From: Isurus oxyrinchus
Taxonomy: Eukaryota
Direction: 5' to 3'
Length of the DNA stretch: 64,000 nt
NCBI GenBank assembly: GCA_026770705.1
Contig: JANJGN010000009.1
Location: 91,388,001 to 91,452,000, forward strand
In this document: piece by piece, positions 12,068-24,858 of the stretch
Layout of the letters: each line of letters opens with the position of its first letter
Numbering within the stretch: position 1 is the first letter of the stretch
Translations under genes and position numbers: made by a program
The notes under the pieces: model-generated
Told to the model about the DNA's origin: nothing
The model's database searches: none
What the model saw: only the letters and a program-made list of their open reading frames with translations

Positions 12068-13348
12068 CTGCAAAATGGGAATAACAGAAAGAATGTTGTC
12101 AAGAAGATTATCATCACAGAGAGGAAAAGTAACAGAAGAGGAAATTATCTCAGAATTACAGCTCATCCCAAGTCTCTCTCTTTCACATGCTCTCTTTCTA
12201 AGATACATATAGAATACATACAGACAAACATCATCTTTCTTGTGCATCTAGCAAACTCTCAGTGCCAAACCTTGCTACAAATCCAAAACGAGCTTCTAAA
12301 AGAAACAAAGCTAGTCGTATCACCTTGTGTTTTTTTCCCAACCTGCAGCTTGACATCTACAAGTAATTTACTAATTCCTAATTGGCCTCAGAAATTTGCA
12401 AGCAGTTACAATTACTTGGTTTCTCACAGGGGGACCTCTGGCCAGCTTATCAGTTAAATGGCACAGCCATACTCCATGAGCAATACCCAAAGGGGTGTGG
12501 CTGGGAGGCAAAAAATCCTCCTGCCAATGCAGAGGGGACTGTATTGCTGTATTAAAATCGCAACAAGGGGCATGCCACATTAGGTTTAGTAATAAGTAAT
12601 GAGCCGAATTTAGTTAACAGACTAAGAGTTAGTGGTTATTTATCCAACAGTCATCATAACATGATTGTGTTCAACATAGTGTTTAAAGGAAGAGATGTGA
12701 AACTGTTACCAAGATTTTAGATTTAGTGATTATTCTGGTTATGCTCTTCAGCTTCACTTCCCCTTGTGGACCTTTTTTTCTAACTTTGGATACGCACACC
12801 ATTTGACTTAAAATTGTGATGGAGGATGAGCTAATCCTCATTTAAAGTTGCCCAATTCACATTTTCAATGATTAAATTCCCACTCTACTGTTTCTCTTTA
12901 GTTGCTCAATGTGAATGATTTAGAATGCAATGTTTGTCCTCAAAATATGACTGAATTATGGGAATTAGACTGCATAATATTTCCATTTGATTTTATACAC
13001 GCAAAGTGATGTGAGTCAAAGATTTTGGATTCACTTTGTCTTTAAACATTCTCTTTGGTGCTGTCATCATTATATTAGTACATGTCTGGGACCAACACTT
13101 TCGAAGCATTAACATAAAAAATTTGGAGAAGGAAGAAAGTAGATGAAGTCATGAGACTCTGATGGCCAAACTCCGAGGTTGGTTGCCTTAATATTTAAAA
13201 GATTGCCCAAAACACAAACGATACACAAAATGTGATCAGGTAGCATTAACAAACAAACCGCCAGAGAAACAAGACATTACTGTTCAACTCTCTTTAAATG
13301 TTAAAAGTGGTCAATATTTTAAATGCCTGACGGCTGAGAAGAATCCAT

Positions 13349-14047
13349 GGCCAGAATTTTACATCCCATGGGCGGGCGCACACCCGACCTAAACGGGCAT
13401 AAAATCATGTGAGATGATGTCAGGTGAGAATCCCGACATCACCATGCACTCACGCAATGTTTCGCCTGAGGGGCATGCGCAAAAGTCAGAAAAGCACCCA
13501 CCAACAATTAAACGGGCAATTAAGTTCATTAATGGTCCAATTATTAGTGATTTTTTGTGGCCTGTCCAACCTTACGGTCGGCAGATGGGTCAATCGACCA
13601 GGTGGGCTTTACATTTCTGATGAAATCTCATCCAAGGGTGGGATGAAATCTCCTTTAGGATTTAAAATATGAAGAAATATCTGGGGGCTGATTTTTTTTA
13701 TGAGGTCTGCTTTCAGGTGCTTGATTATGCTGCATGGACATTTTTGCAGCATTTTTGTGCTTTCTTTTATTATTTGGAGGTCTGCAGTTCCCTGAGGCAT
13801 CTGCCTGCCTTCAGGGAGCTTGGCAGAAGCGCTCACCCAGCACTCGCGATGACGTCAATGCCCGCTCTCTTCCCATCCCCACCGGCAGTGCTGAGCCTTT
13901 TTCAGGGTGCATTTCATGCTGGCTAGCTGTTAATTGGCCAGCCAGTGTGAAATTGTGGTCAGGGGCCGATCGCAGTCGGGGGATCATTTCCTGCCTGCTC
14001 CCAGGCCCACAAATCGCGCGTGCCCAATGAGCGCAAAAATTCAGGCC
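13349..14047. mobile_element. Complete Harbinger-family MITE (699 bp)
   Basis: TIRs GGCCAGAATTTT and AAAATTCAGGCC, 3-bp TSD CAT/CAT. Both ends are homologous (inverted) to the ends of the 5456-9937 element. Confidence 0.9.
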
Positions 14048-14589
14048 CATGTGACCTTCCAATGGGCCTGGTTCAGCCTCAAGGAGAAAACCAATATAAT
14101 GGGACCACTATTCTAAATCCCCTGTTTCTCATGGACAATTCCATTTTAAGATAGCAATGTGTTGTTTCATCAGAGACATGGTTATGAGCTACTGTAATGG
14201 TAGGATGTCCAACATCTGACAGTATCTGAACAATTTCGATGGGAATTTCCCTTAGGAGCCTCGCATGCGGCCAATGACACTTCAGTGGAAACCGTGCCTG
14301 GAGATTCTGCTGAACTTCTTCAAAGATATAGTGGCAAATTGAGAGAGCTCCCAAGGAAAAGCTCAGCCTTTATGAATTAAGTCAAGTACTGTACTGCTCG
14401 CCATTGTTATACCTTTGGTGTCTCTAGACATTCTAAATGTAAATAAATCCATCACCTGAAAGTGCAACATTCATCACTTTTTGGAGTGGACAGGAAAATA
14501 GAGTGGGCAGATGACAAATCTCTGGTGTGAGATATCATTGTGAAAAAGTAACTATTAATCTTGTGGAACACTATCTCATTCACAATTTT

Positions 14590-15180
14590 AAAGAAACACT
14601 GAGGAGAGACAATGTAAATTACATGCTACAGTGTTAATGGGCCAGTCAGAATAAATAGAGAGGCCTGGGAATTCTGATACACAAAACTTTAAATGTGCCA
14701 GGACAAGCTGAGAAGGCTGTTTAAAAACAAAACACACAGGCTCCTGGACTTTTTAAACAGAGGGCTGGAGTATTGTGTTGAATTCTGGCACCAAACTTTA
14801 GTGAGAAGCTCATGGCCTGAGAGAGGGTGCGTAGGTGGTTTACTGGGAAGGAAGTAGGAATATTAAGACCATGTGAAGATATTAGAGAAGTTTTGATTGC
14901 TCTCCTTAGAGCAGAGTTACAGGTAGATTTGATAGAGATATTCAAAATCATAAAGGTCTTTGATAGAATAATTAGGTCCACTGGTAGGAGGGTTGGTAAC
15001 AGAAGACATAAATATAAGGTAATTAAAGGGGCTGATAGGTATAATATTTTTAACCAGTGCATTGTTCCGATCTGGAATCCACTGCCTGAAAGGGTGGTGG
15101 AAGCAGATTCAATAGTATTGGATAGCTCTTTTGAACAGCCAGCATGATGGCCCGAATGGCCTCCTTTTGTACTGTAAAAT
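14590..15180 (+). mobile_element. Old CR1 3' fragment
   Basis: DLIEIFKIIK, HKYK, WNPLPERVVEADS remnants. Confidence 0.8.
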
Positions 15181-15561
15181 TACACAAGGTCAACTTTCAA
15201 TCTATAGTAGACTCAATGTGCTTCTGCAAACTGCTTCTTTGGCATAAGTTCATTCACGGGTTTGGAGGAATTCCAGTGCACTATCAGTGCTTTCACAGAC
15301 TAATCTCACAGTAATAAATGGCCTGGGGACAAAACCCATGAAGTTTTCATGGTCATCAAGAGGAAGTCAATGAAGACAGGGGATGCCCCACTGGTTTGGA
15401 AACAAGCCAATGGCAATGAAACAATCCCCGGGAACTGCAGACCCTCAGTTTACAATCAGTAAGGCACAGCGGATTCGGTCAGTGGGCCAGACTTGAGGAA
15501 CAAGTACGAAAATAGCTGAGCATGGAATAGTGTTGTCATCCTGCGCAGATGCCTGAGAAAA

Positions 15562-15822
15562 ATGTCTCACATTTATACAGTGTCTTTCACAATGTAAGAA
15601 AGTCCCAAAGCACTTTACAGCTAAGAAAGTACTTTTTGAAATGTAGCTGTTTTTGTAGCGTAGGGAGTGTGGCAGCCAATTTGCACGTAGCAAGGTGCCA
15701 AAAGCAGCAATGTGATTATGACTACATAATCTGTTTTGGTGGAGGAATAAATATTGGACAGGTCAGCACAGAGAACTCCCCCTCTCTTTGAAATAATGAT
15801 ATGAGAACTTTTATATCTACCA
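15562..15822 (-). mobile_element. Deu-domain SINE fragment
   Basis: cccaaagcactttacagc...ggcagccaatttgcac...ataaatattgg is the reverse complement of the SINE body. Confidence 0.8.
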
Positions 15823-15824
15823 GG

Positions 15825-16215
15825 ATGGCATAGCGGTAATGTTACTAGGCTAGTAATCCTGAAGCCCAGGCTAATCCTCTGGGGAAACAAAAATACCTAG
15901 TAAAACTCAAGGGTCTTACGGACTCGAAACGTCAGCTGTATCCCTCTCCTCAGATGCTGTCAGACCTGCTGAGTTTTTCCAGGTACTTTTGTTTTTGTTC
16001 TAGATTTCCAGCATCCGCAGTATTTTGCTTATAACTCTCTGGGGATGTGGGTTCAAACCCCACCATGACAGCTGATGGAATTTAAATTCAGTTAATAAAT
16101 CTGGAATATGAAGATCATGAAACTGCCATTGATTATCATTAAAAACCCATCTGGCTCACTCATGTCCTTTAGGAAGTCAGCCGGTCTCACTTAGATGTGG
16201 CTCCAGACCCTTGAC
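15825..16215 (+). mobile_element. tRNA-headed SINE carrying a Penelope terminal fragment (15886-16036)
   Basis: SINE head interrupted by PLE sequence; direct repeat CTCTGGGGA at 15877-15885 and 16037-16045. Confidence 0.8.
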
Positions 16216-16431
16216 TCTTTTATATATATACATATAGTGTACTTAGAGCTCCAGACAGTCTTCCATAAGGTTTCACTTGAGAGGCAGGTGCACAAATTTA
16301 AAGCAGTGGGTATCCATGGTATACCACAGATGAGGGATTACAGGAGGTACACGGATGAGGAAGTGTTTTGAGTGTAAGACTCCAACTCTGTGGCGTTAAG
16401 GGCTTCTGACCTATATAAACAAGATGGATTT

Positions 16432-18280
16432 AATAACAACAACTTGTATTTACATAGCACCTTTGACATAGTAAAATGGCTTAAGGGATTTCACGGAAGC
16501 ATAATCAAACTAAATTTGACATTGAATCGCACAAGGAGACATGAACACAGGTGACCAAAAAGCACCAAAAGTCAAAGAGTAGATTTTAAGGATCACCTTT
16601 AAGGAAGAATGAAGGATGGAGAGGTTTAGGGAGGGAATTCCAGATCATAGGGCCTAGATGGCTGAAGGCACAGCCAGCAGTGGTGGAGCGATTAAAATCG
16701 GGAATGCTCAGGAAGCCAGAATTAGAGGAGTGCAGATATCGCGTAGGTTTTTAAGGCTGGAGGGATCACAGAGATAGGGAGGAGAGAGTTCACGGAAGGA
16801 TCTGAAAACAAGCATGAGGATTTCAAAACTGAGATGTTGCTTAAAGGAGAGCCAATGTAGGGCAGCGAGCGCTGGGGTGATAGGGAAACGGAACTTAGTT
16901 CCAGTTAAGACGTGGGCAGCAAGGGTTTGGAAGACCTCAAGTTTATGGTGGGTAGGATATGGGAGACCAGTTAGGAATGCAGTGGAATAATCAGGTCCTG
17001 AAGTAACCGAGGCAGGAATGAGGGTTTTAGCAGCAGATAAGCTGAGACAGGGATGAAGTTGAGCGATGTTACACAGGTGGAAATAGCAGGTCTCAGTGAT
17101 GACACAGATACGTGGTCGGGAACTCATCTCAAAGTCAAATATGATACCAAGATTGCGAACAGTATGGAGTGGGGACCAAAAACAATGGCTTTTTTTCCCA
17201 ATCATATAATTTCCACTCATTAAGTACAGGATGTTGGATAAGATGTCTGATAGTGGAGGAGTCAAGAGAGGTACTGGTGAGGTACAGCTGGATGTGAAGG
17301 CTAATGCTGTGCTTTTGTATGATAATACCGTGGGGTGGCCAAGGGGGTGCCAAGGAATGATGGATGCCAGAGGTAACGGTGGGGGAACAGGAAGAAAAGA
17401 CATTGTTAGTGATTCTCTGGGAGCAATTAGATAGACAAGAATGGAACAAGGTGCGAGGACAGTGTGGTCAACCATGTTAAAGGCTGCAGACCGGTTGAGA
17501 AGGATAAGGAGGAATAACTTACCTTTGTCTCAAGAACCATTTCCTACTGAGAGGTCAGAAATATGATTGGAGGGATTCAAACATGGAGTTCCGGGAAAGA
17601 TAAACATGAACCTGGAAGGCCCAATTAACTTTGGAGAGGAAAGGGAGGTTGGAGATGGGGCAGTAGTTTGCAAGGACGATGGGGGGTAATTGTTGGCATT
17701 TGTGAAGTGGGGTGATGACGCTTGATAAAGCAGAGAGGCAAAACACCTGTAGAGAGAGAGAGCTATTTACAATATCGTCCAACATGGGGAGTAGGAGAGG
17801 AAGTTTAGTGGGAATAGGATCGAGGAAGCAGGAGGTGGGTCTCATAGACAAGCTGAGCTCAGAGGGAGAGAAACTGGAGAAAGATGCGAGTTCAGGGTTA
17901 GGGCAGGGGGGGTCTTCAGAGGAATTTTGGCCTGTTAACCAGGGGAAGGAGGGAATGCAATAGAGGCAGCTAATTGCCTGATCTCAATCTTAGTGACAAA
18001 GAGGACAATGAGCTCCTCATATTTATTGCTGGACGTGAGGGTGAAGTAGATCGGGGAGAGGGGTTTAGGAAGTTGCATTGCAGTAGAGGAAAGCAACTGG
18101 GATTATCTTTGAATTGCAGGATGATCCTGGAATAGTGAGCAGTTTTAGCAAGTGAGAGCATGACCTGAGTGATTTATTTGGTCCAGCCAAATCTGGCAGT
18201 GGACAGCTAAATCAGCTATCCGCCATAGCCTTTCAAGTCTGCACTCCTTGGATTTGAGGGGGTAGAGATGAGGGCTGGAC
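16432..18280 (-). mobile_element. L2 LINE, internally deleted and decayed
   Basis: LDPIPT, YCPISNLPFLSKV, ITPALAALHWL...LSPPYL; tail AAAGGTGCTATGTAAATACAAG(TTG)n. Confidence 0.9.
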
Positions 18281-18289
18281 TAGAGAGAG

Positions 18290-18690
18290 ATGGTGGCTTA
18301 ATGGCTAATATCACTGGTGTAGTAAGCCAGAGTTACAGACTATTATGAGGACATGTTCAAATCCTGCCATGGTAGCTGTTGGAATTTAAATTTGATTAAA
18401 AAGTCTTGAATTAAAAATAAAAGCTAGTCTCAGTAATAGTAACCATGACAGCTATCATTGGTTTAAAAAAAGCCATCTGGTTCACTAATGACCTTTAGGG
18501 AAGGAAATCTGCCATCCTTACCTGGTCTGGCCTACATGTGACTCCATATCCACAGTAATGTGGTTGACTCTTAACTGCCCTCTGAAATGGCCTAGCAAGC
18601 CACTCAGTTCAACGGCAATTAAGGATGGGCAACAAATGTTGGCCTTGCCAGCAATGCCCACATCCCATGAAAGAATAAAGGAAAAAAAAA
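18290..18690 (+). mobile_element. Full-length tRNA-headed SINE (family B partner)
   Basis: A/B-box-like head (GTTCAAATCC), family body, LINE-derived tail and A-rich end. Confidence 0.85.
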
Positions 18691-18869
18691 CAGATAGAAG
18701 ATAAGCCAGTCATATAAAAACTATTTTAATGATATGCTTATATAAGTCCATCTCTACCCACTTTAGAATCCAGCTTGTGGCATCTCTGTGCCTCAGAGAT
18801 GATAACTATTTTAAAGTGAATTTTAAAACTTTGTGCTAAACATTCTAACATCATGAAACCTTGCATTAC

Positions 18870-19017
18870 CTTCTGCTGGAGGAATATATATCTCAGTCCA
18901 GTTGCTTTCTCCACAAGCACAGTTCCCAGTTGATACTAATGCCTTCACTTTGAAAGTGATGCCTTGGTTAAGAACCACCTTATCCTCACGGGTCAAATAC
19001 AGATTTCTTTTTCTTTC
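18870..19017 (-). CDS. il13ra1: IL13RA1-like exon 3 (D1 second half) ERKRNLYLTREDKVVLNQGITFKVKALVSTGNCACGESNWTEIYIPPAE(G)
   Basis: Acceptor tttatttag|, donor G|gtaatg, 148 nt, phase 0 to 1. LNxG...SxW...PPxEG pattern of IL13RA/IL5RA D1. Confidence 0.9.
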
Positions 19018-19111
19018 CTAAATAAACAACATATCAAGAAGACTCTGGATTACAAAGCCAGACCAATTCAGTTCAAACCTTCCGGTTACACACAAAAGCT
19101 GCACAGAGGCC

Positions 19112-19399
19112 TGGTCAGAACGCACTGGAGTACTTGATCTGGTTCTGGTTCTGTTCAACGCACACCTGGAGTACTGGGTCCAGTTCTGACCAGGCCACAC
19201 CTGGAGTACTGGATCCAGTTCTGACCAGACCACACCTGGGGTGCTGCTTCCACTTCTGACTAGACCATATCTGGAGTACTGATTCTAGTTCTGGCTAGAG
19301 CACACCTGAAGTACTGGATCCAGTTCTGACTAGACCACACCTGGAGTACTGGATCCAGTTCTGGCTAGAACATACCTGGAGTACTGGATCCAGTTCTAG
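19112..19399 (+). repeat. 35-bp minisatellite (about 8 copies) derived from CR1 ORF2
   Basis: Unit CCACACCTGGAGTACTGGATCCAGTTCTGAC(C/T)AGA corresponds to the RPHLEYCVQFW-coding segment (compare 8401-8436). Confidence 0.88.
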
Positions 19400-19487
19400 T
19401 TGTCACAATATAATATGAATCTCCCAAGCTATAAGCAAAGGGTTAACTGGACTGCCTTGAAGTATGCTAATGTTATCCTTCTAGAAT

Positions 19488-19730
19488 CAAAACAGAAGGA
19501 AAATGGTGGAAAAACTCAGCAGGTCTGGCAGCATCTGTGGAGCGGGAAACAGAGTTAATGCTTTGAGTCAAAGGTCTCTTCTTCAGAACAGTTCCGTAGA
19601 AGAGTTATATTCGACTCAAAACATTATCGCTGTTTTTCTCTCCACAGATGCTGCCAGACCTGCTGAGTTTTTCCAGCACTTTGTTTTGATTTCAGATTTT
19701 CAGAATCTGCACTGTTTCACTTTTACTTTA
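19488..19730. mobile_element. Short fold-back Penelope terminal element (two inverted pLTR ends)
   Basis: ggaaaaactcagcaggtctggcagcatctgtggag is inverted relative to ctccacagatgctgccagacctgctgagtttttcc; degenerate hammerhead motifs meet at the centre. Confidence 0.8.
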
Positions 19731-20599
19731 ATGCTCTCCTTCAGCTGATTTCTCTTCATAGCATAGTAACAGGAATAGCCTGTTATGGGGAGGAGTAAAG
19801 CCAATTTAGATGCAGTGACCACTGAACTGCCAATTTAAGACAAGCAATGGTCAATTCCAACAATTCCCCTAATTAATCAGGATAAACCCACAACTACATC
19901 ACCCTCTCTAGGAAGCAGATGATTGCTTTGGAACGGTCTAAATCTGCAATCAATAGTTTCACTTGGTGAAATAGTAACAAGAGTGAAACTATTGATAAAA
20001 AAGTAGGTTTATTGGTCTATAGAAAAATACCTTGTTATTGATAAGGGATAAATCTCATTAAAATTTATGATATATGGAAGTGACGAAAGGTCACAGGCCT
20101 GAAACCTTAACTGTTTTTCACCAGATCTGCTGAGTATTTCCAGCATTTTCTCTGCTTATTTCCTATATGTAGCTGTATTACTTTATGTAGAAATGTATGG
20201 ACTGGTACTCAGAAAGGGGTACAAAACAGCTGTATGAGGTGGGTGTCCAGAATATAGACTTATCGAAAGGTCTGCCATCAAGAAACTGAGCTCGGAACTG
20301 AAACACTTTTGTGCCTCCTAACGAAACCCACAAGATTTGGTCATAACTCTATGTTTAATTATTGTGCATAGAATAAATCTGTGATGTCTGACATTCAATG
20401 TTGCGAGTTCCATTGATTTGAGGAGTAAATTATAAGTAAGAACATGCACTCAATAACCCTCCATCAACTCAAACATTACAGGTAGCAGGAGGAGAGAGGA
20501 GGGTAACTAAGTGAGAGGGAAGAGCTAGAGGGAATCGAACTGAGAAGGCAGGATGACTCAGCCTTAAAAAGGGGTTGTCAGATGGGACTCCTAACGAAG

Positions 20600-21200
20600 G
20601 CATAGGGGATACGAAAAGACAATTGTTTTGCTACAGTTGTATGGAGTGTTGGTGAGACCACATCTGGAGGACTGTGTAAAGTTTTTGTCTCCTTATTTAA
20701 GAAAGGATATAAATGAATTAGAAGCAGTTCAGAGAAGGTTCACTCGACTGATACCTGGGATGAGGGGATTATCCAAGAGGAAAGTTTAGACAAGCTGGGC
20801 CTGCATCCATTGGAGTTTAGAAGATTGAGAGGTGATCTTATTGAAACATATAAGATCCTGAGGGGATTTGATAGGGTGGATACTGAAAGGATGTGGGAGA
20901 CACTAGAACTAGGAGACACAGTTTAAAAATAAGGGGTCTCCCATTTAAGATGGAGATGAAGAGAATTTTTTTCTCTCAGAGGGTTTTGAATCTTTGGAAC
21001 TCTCTTCCCCAGAGAGCGGTGGAGGCAGGGTCAGTGAATATTTTTAAGGCAGAGGTAGATAGATTGTTGACTAACAAGGGAGTCAAAGGCAGAATGTGGA
21101 GTTGAGGCTGAAATCAGATCAGCCATGAACTTATTGAATGGTGGAGCAGGCTCGAGGGGCTGAATGGCCTACTCCTGCTCCTAATTCATATGTTCATAAG
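20600..21200 (+). mobile_element. CR1 3' fragment
   Basis: RIFFSQRVLNLWNSLPQRAVEAGS plus 3' UTR. Confidence 0.9.
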
Positions 21201-21314
21201 TTCGTAACTGCAATAGTAAAAACTGGGACAATGCACGCCAATATGGCAGCACCAGCAGGCACACGTCTAGGGTTCTGAAAAGCAAGTTAAAGAGAGTGGT
21301 CAGAAGAATTTCTT

Positions 21315-21450
21315 TTCAAAGAAGAGTCAGTTTGGGTTTGAAATGTTAACTCTGTTTCTCTCCATAGATGCTGCCAGACCTGCTGAGTTTTTCCAGCACT
21401 TTCGGTCTTTACTTCAGCCTTCCACCATCTGTAGCATTATGCTTTGATTA
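21315..21450 (+). mobile_element. Penelope terminal fragment
   Basis: gaaatgttaactctgtttctctccatagatgctgccagacctgctgagtttttccagc. Confidence 0.75.
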
Positions 21451-21589
21451 CGGAATAATTTCTTTACTCAGAGTGTGGTCTGGATACCAGGTTTAGATCA
21501 AGACACTCAGCTAGGAGATATTCTGGTGAGATGCAATCTAATAGGGGAGAGGAGCTTTTTCATCCAAATCCACCATGTGGTCTAGAAAA

Positions 21590-21915
21590 GTGGACATCCA
21601 TAGCGTAGAAAGCTGTGAAATGTGGTTCCGGAGAAGGCTGGGGTGGATCAGTTGGAGAGAACACAAGAGCAATGAAAAAGTTATGAGGATGGTGAAGAAG
21701 AAAGAGTTTTAGTGAATATCATCAAGAAAAGGCAACAAGGTTGGATTGGCCATATCCTAAAGCAGGTGAAGGAGTTGACTGAAGGAAGATTAGAGGGATG
21801 TAGACCAAGTGGGAGAAAGAGAACCATGATGTTAGACAAGTTGAAGTTGAAAATGGGAGACACCTATGAACAACTGAAGCGGAAAACGCAAGGCTACGAG
21901 ATATGGAGAAAATGA
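21590..21915 (+). mobile_element. RTE-clade LINE 3' fragment
   Basis: EMWFRRRLGWISW.E..SNE.V and IIKKRQQGWIGHIL...EGRLEGCRPSGRKR, a typical RTE C-terminus. Confidence 0.75.
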
Positions 21916-21987
21916 AGAGCCCTTAGAGGAACCACTGTTACTACTACAGTACACTGGGAAAGGATGACAAAGAACATTTCAACTTAC

Positions 21988-22145
21988 CGTCCACTCAGCA
22001 TTATCATACTTAAATGAGCTGCAAAATCTGACAGAAAGGTTGGTGAAATTTTCAAGGTCGCTTGGTGGTTTCCAGGCCCAGGTGGAATTAATGAAACCGA
22101 TCCCCTTCAATGTCACAGTCAAGTGATTTGGAGGCGGGACAGTCA
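21988..22145 (-). CDS. il13ra1: IL13RA1-like exon 2 (D1 first half) (V)TVPPPNHLTVTLKGIGFINSTWAWKPPSDLENFTNLSVRFCSSFKYDNAEWT
   Basis: Acceptor ttgcag|, donor |gtaagt, 158 nt, phase 1 to 0. PPxNL and WxPP motifs of an FnIII-like domain. Confidence 0.9.
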
Positions 22146-22359
22146 CTGCAATGCAATCACAACAAGCACTAAGCATTTCCTCTTCACACCCAACACACAG
22201 ACACAGAAGTGGCAGAGCTGAATGGTTGATTAGCTGCCTGTGGGAATGGGATCAGCTCAGTGACAGCAGGAAAGGCAGATTCAAATATAGCAGTCTGGCT
22301 CAGCAGTAACACTCATGCATCCAGACATTTAAGCACAAAATCCAGACTGACACAACCAT

Positions 22360-24015
22360 GCTCTCTAAGGTGGACGGATTATTTGCAATACAAAAATTCA
22401 AAGTTAGAGCAACACCTGGAGTAACAGCGATGCATCCAAGGGCTGGGAAACCCTGTGGATAGCATGTTTCCGGATGTGGTCACCCCACAGCTTAAGCATA
22501 TGCAGGAAGAGAGGAGATAAGTGACTGCCAAGTAGTCAAGAAGGACTAGGCAGTTAGTAATCAGGGTCCCCTGAGTGCATCTCACACTCCAACCAGTATT
22601 CTGTACTGAATAGGTGAGAATTATGGTTCATCTGAAGAAAGCAGCCAGAGGCAAGCTGACCGTACCATGGCTGGCTCAGCTTTACAGGGGTGGGGAAGCA
22701 GGAGGATTGGGAAAGCAATGATGGGGCATTCAGTATTTAACAGGCAGACATTTCTACAGCCTCATATGTACTTCCAGGATGGTATGCTGCCTCTTTGGTG
22801 TCAGGGTCAAGGATGTCACTGAGCAGCTACCCTGATGGGGAAAGGTGAACAGCCAGCGGTTGCAGGCCATATCAATACCAATGACATATGTAAAAAGAGG
22901 AAATGAGGTCCTGCTGGCAGATTTTAGAGAGCTAGAAAGCAAGAGGACATCAAAGGTAGTAATCTCTGGATTACGCTCGGTACCACTCGCTAGTGGGTGC
23001 AGGAAATAGAAAGATGGAGCAACTGATTGCATGGCTGGAAGGATGGTGCAGGAGGGAGGGCTATAGATTCATGGCACATTGTGACTGGTTCTGCAAGAGG
23101 TGGGGCCTGTACAGCTGGAAAGGCTGCACCCAAACAGAGCTGGGTCCCAAGTTCTTATGGGGTGGCTTGCTTGTGCTGTTGGAGGGCTTAAGATAATTTA
23201 GCAGTGGGATGACAACCAGGATGTAGCATTAGGAAGTTTAAACAAGGTGTTTAAGGAATTGGGAGAGACAGATAGCAACAGAGTAGAAATAGTAAAGTAT
23301 TGGCTGGGGTCAGAGTAAGAGGGAATGTAATAAGATCTAAATTAGCGTTACTGTCCATGTATGAGTGTTGGTGGGCTGCAGGTGTCAATATTCACATGAG
23401 AGTATGATGTTGCGATGATAACAATAAAAAAGGCATAACTGGGAACTTGGGTTTTATAAACAGAAGCATAGGATAGAAAAGCAAGGAGGTTATGATGAAT
23501 TTTATAAAACCCTGGTTCATTCTCAACGTGAGAATTGTGTCCATTCTGGGCACAACACGATAGGAAGAATGTGAAGACTTCAGAGGGAGTGCAGAAAAGA
23601 TCCACAAGAATGGTTCACAGTTACTTGGGTGGATTAAAGAAACTGGGGTTATTCTCCTCAGAGAAGCGAAGATTGAGAGGAGATTTGATAGAAATGCTCA
23701 AAATCATGAAGGGTCCAAACAAGGTAGATAGCCATTGGCAGAAGGGTCAAAAGCCAGGGGACAGCGAGAGAAGATGATTGGAAAAACAACCAATGGCTAC
23801 TTGAGGATAAACCTTTTTAGGCAGTGAGTGGTCAGGATCTGGAAACATGCTGCCTGAGAGTGTGGTAGAGGCAGTTACAACATGGCCTTTCAAGCAGGAG
23901 TTGGATAAGCTTCTGAAGATCAAAAGTGAAAGGGTAGGGAAGTGGGAATAGCTAAACTGCTCTTACAGAGAAACAGCATGGACTGAACAACCTCCTGCTA
24001 TGCTGTAAGCATTCT
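22360..24015 (+). mobile_element. Internally deleted CR1 (ORF1 esterase joined to ORF2 C-terminus)
   Basis: AWLEGWCRREGYRF (ORF1), a short endonuclease start at about 23350-23420, then a jump to RRLRGDLIEMLKIMKG and the 3' UTR. Confidence 0.8.
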
Positions 24016-24534
24016 ATAATTCTTTTTGGTCATTATCACCTTACTGTTTGTGGGGCTTTGTGTAAATTGGCCTAAATGAATATTAAGCATTTGATTGGGT
24101 GGGCGGCACGGGGCAGGGTTGGGGGGAGGGGATTGGGGGGCTGTATCTGAGGTCATGAAAAGTGCTGTATCACTATAATTTCCTCTTCATTGTGGACAAG
24201 AACACAGATAACAGCATCATTATTTATCCTGTAATATTTTAATTCCTGAACAATATTCACAGATGAAATAAACATCCTGTGTTCTCATTCATGAGGTTTC
24301 TCAGCGTCCAGGAAAATTGCTTTGTTTTAATAAAATAAAATATGGGTAGTTGGTAGATTTACTCCTCCCTGAGTTTGTTCATTCCCAATGAGGCATTCCT
24401 TTGCAAGACTTAGACTCTAAGGCTTGATGAACCTAACTGCTCCATGGGTTTAAATGCCTTTTCTTCTCTCTCTTTCTCCTCACCAGCTGCTGATAATGAA
24501 TTATTTCAGAACCCAAGCTCCTATGAGCTTAGGG

Positions 24535-24858
24535 TGCCCTATCACACTTTACAGTTAATGAAGTACTTCTGAAGTGTTGTCAGTGTTGTGGTGTAGGATT
24601 CAATGCAGCCGATTTGCACACAGCAGGTTTCCACAAAAGCAATGAGGTAAATGACCAGATAATCTGTTTTGGTGATGCTGGTTTGAGGGATAAATATTGC
24701 ATGAGCTCCCCCGTTCTTCCTGAAATAGTGTCATGGGATTACTGCACTCCCTCAGTGCTGCATTGGAGTGTCAGCCTCGATTATGTTGTCAAGAGTGGCT
24801 CTTAAACTCACAATTTTCTGATTCAGAGGCACGAGTGCTAGCACTGAGCCATAGCCAC
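24535..24858 (-). mobile_element. Deu-domain SINE (SacSINE1-like)
   Basis: Reverse complement gives head GGCTCAGTGCTAGCACTCGTGCCTCTGAATCAGAA, then GCAGCACTGAGGGAGTGCAG and the body. Confidence 0.85.

Noticed and set aside
16708-17475. Longest ORF in the track (255 aa) as a host gene
   Set aside because: It is L2 ORF2 C-terminal sequence (ITPALAALHWL) within a decayed element.
18290-18375. tRNA gene
   Set aside because: Only A/B-box-like remnants that continue into a SINE body; no complete cloverleaf.
10973-19399. CRISPR-like appearance of the 32-bp and 35-bp repeats
   Set aside because: Units are head-to-tail with no unique spacers, no cas genes are present, the context is eukaryotic, and both units trace to TEs.
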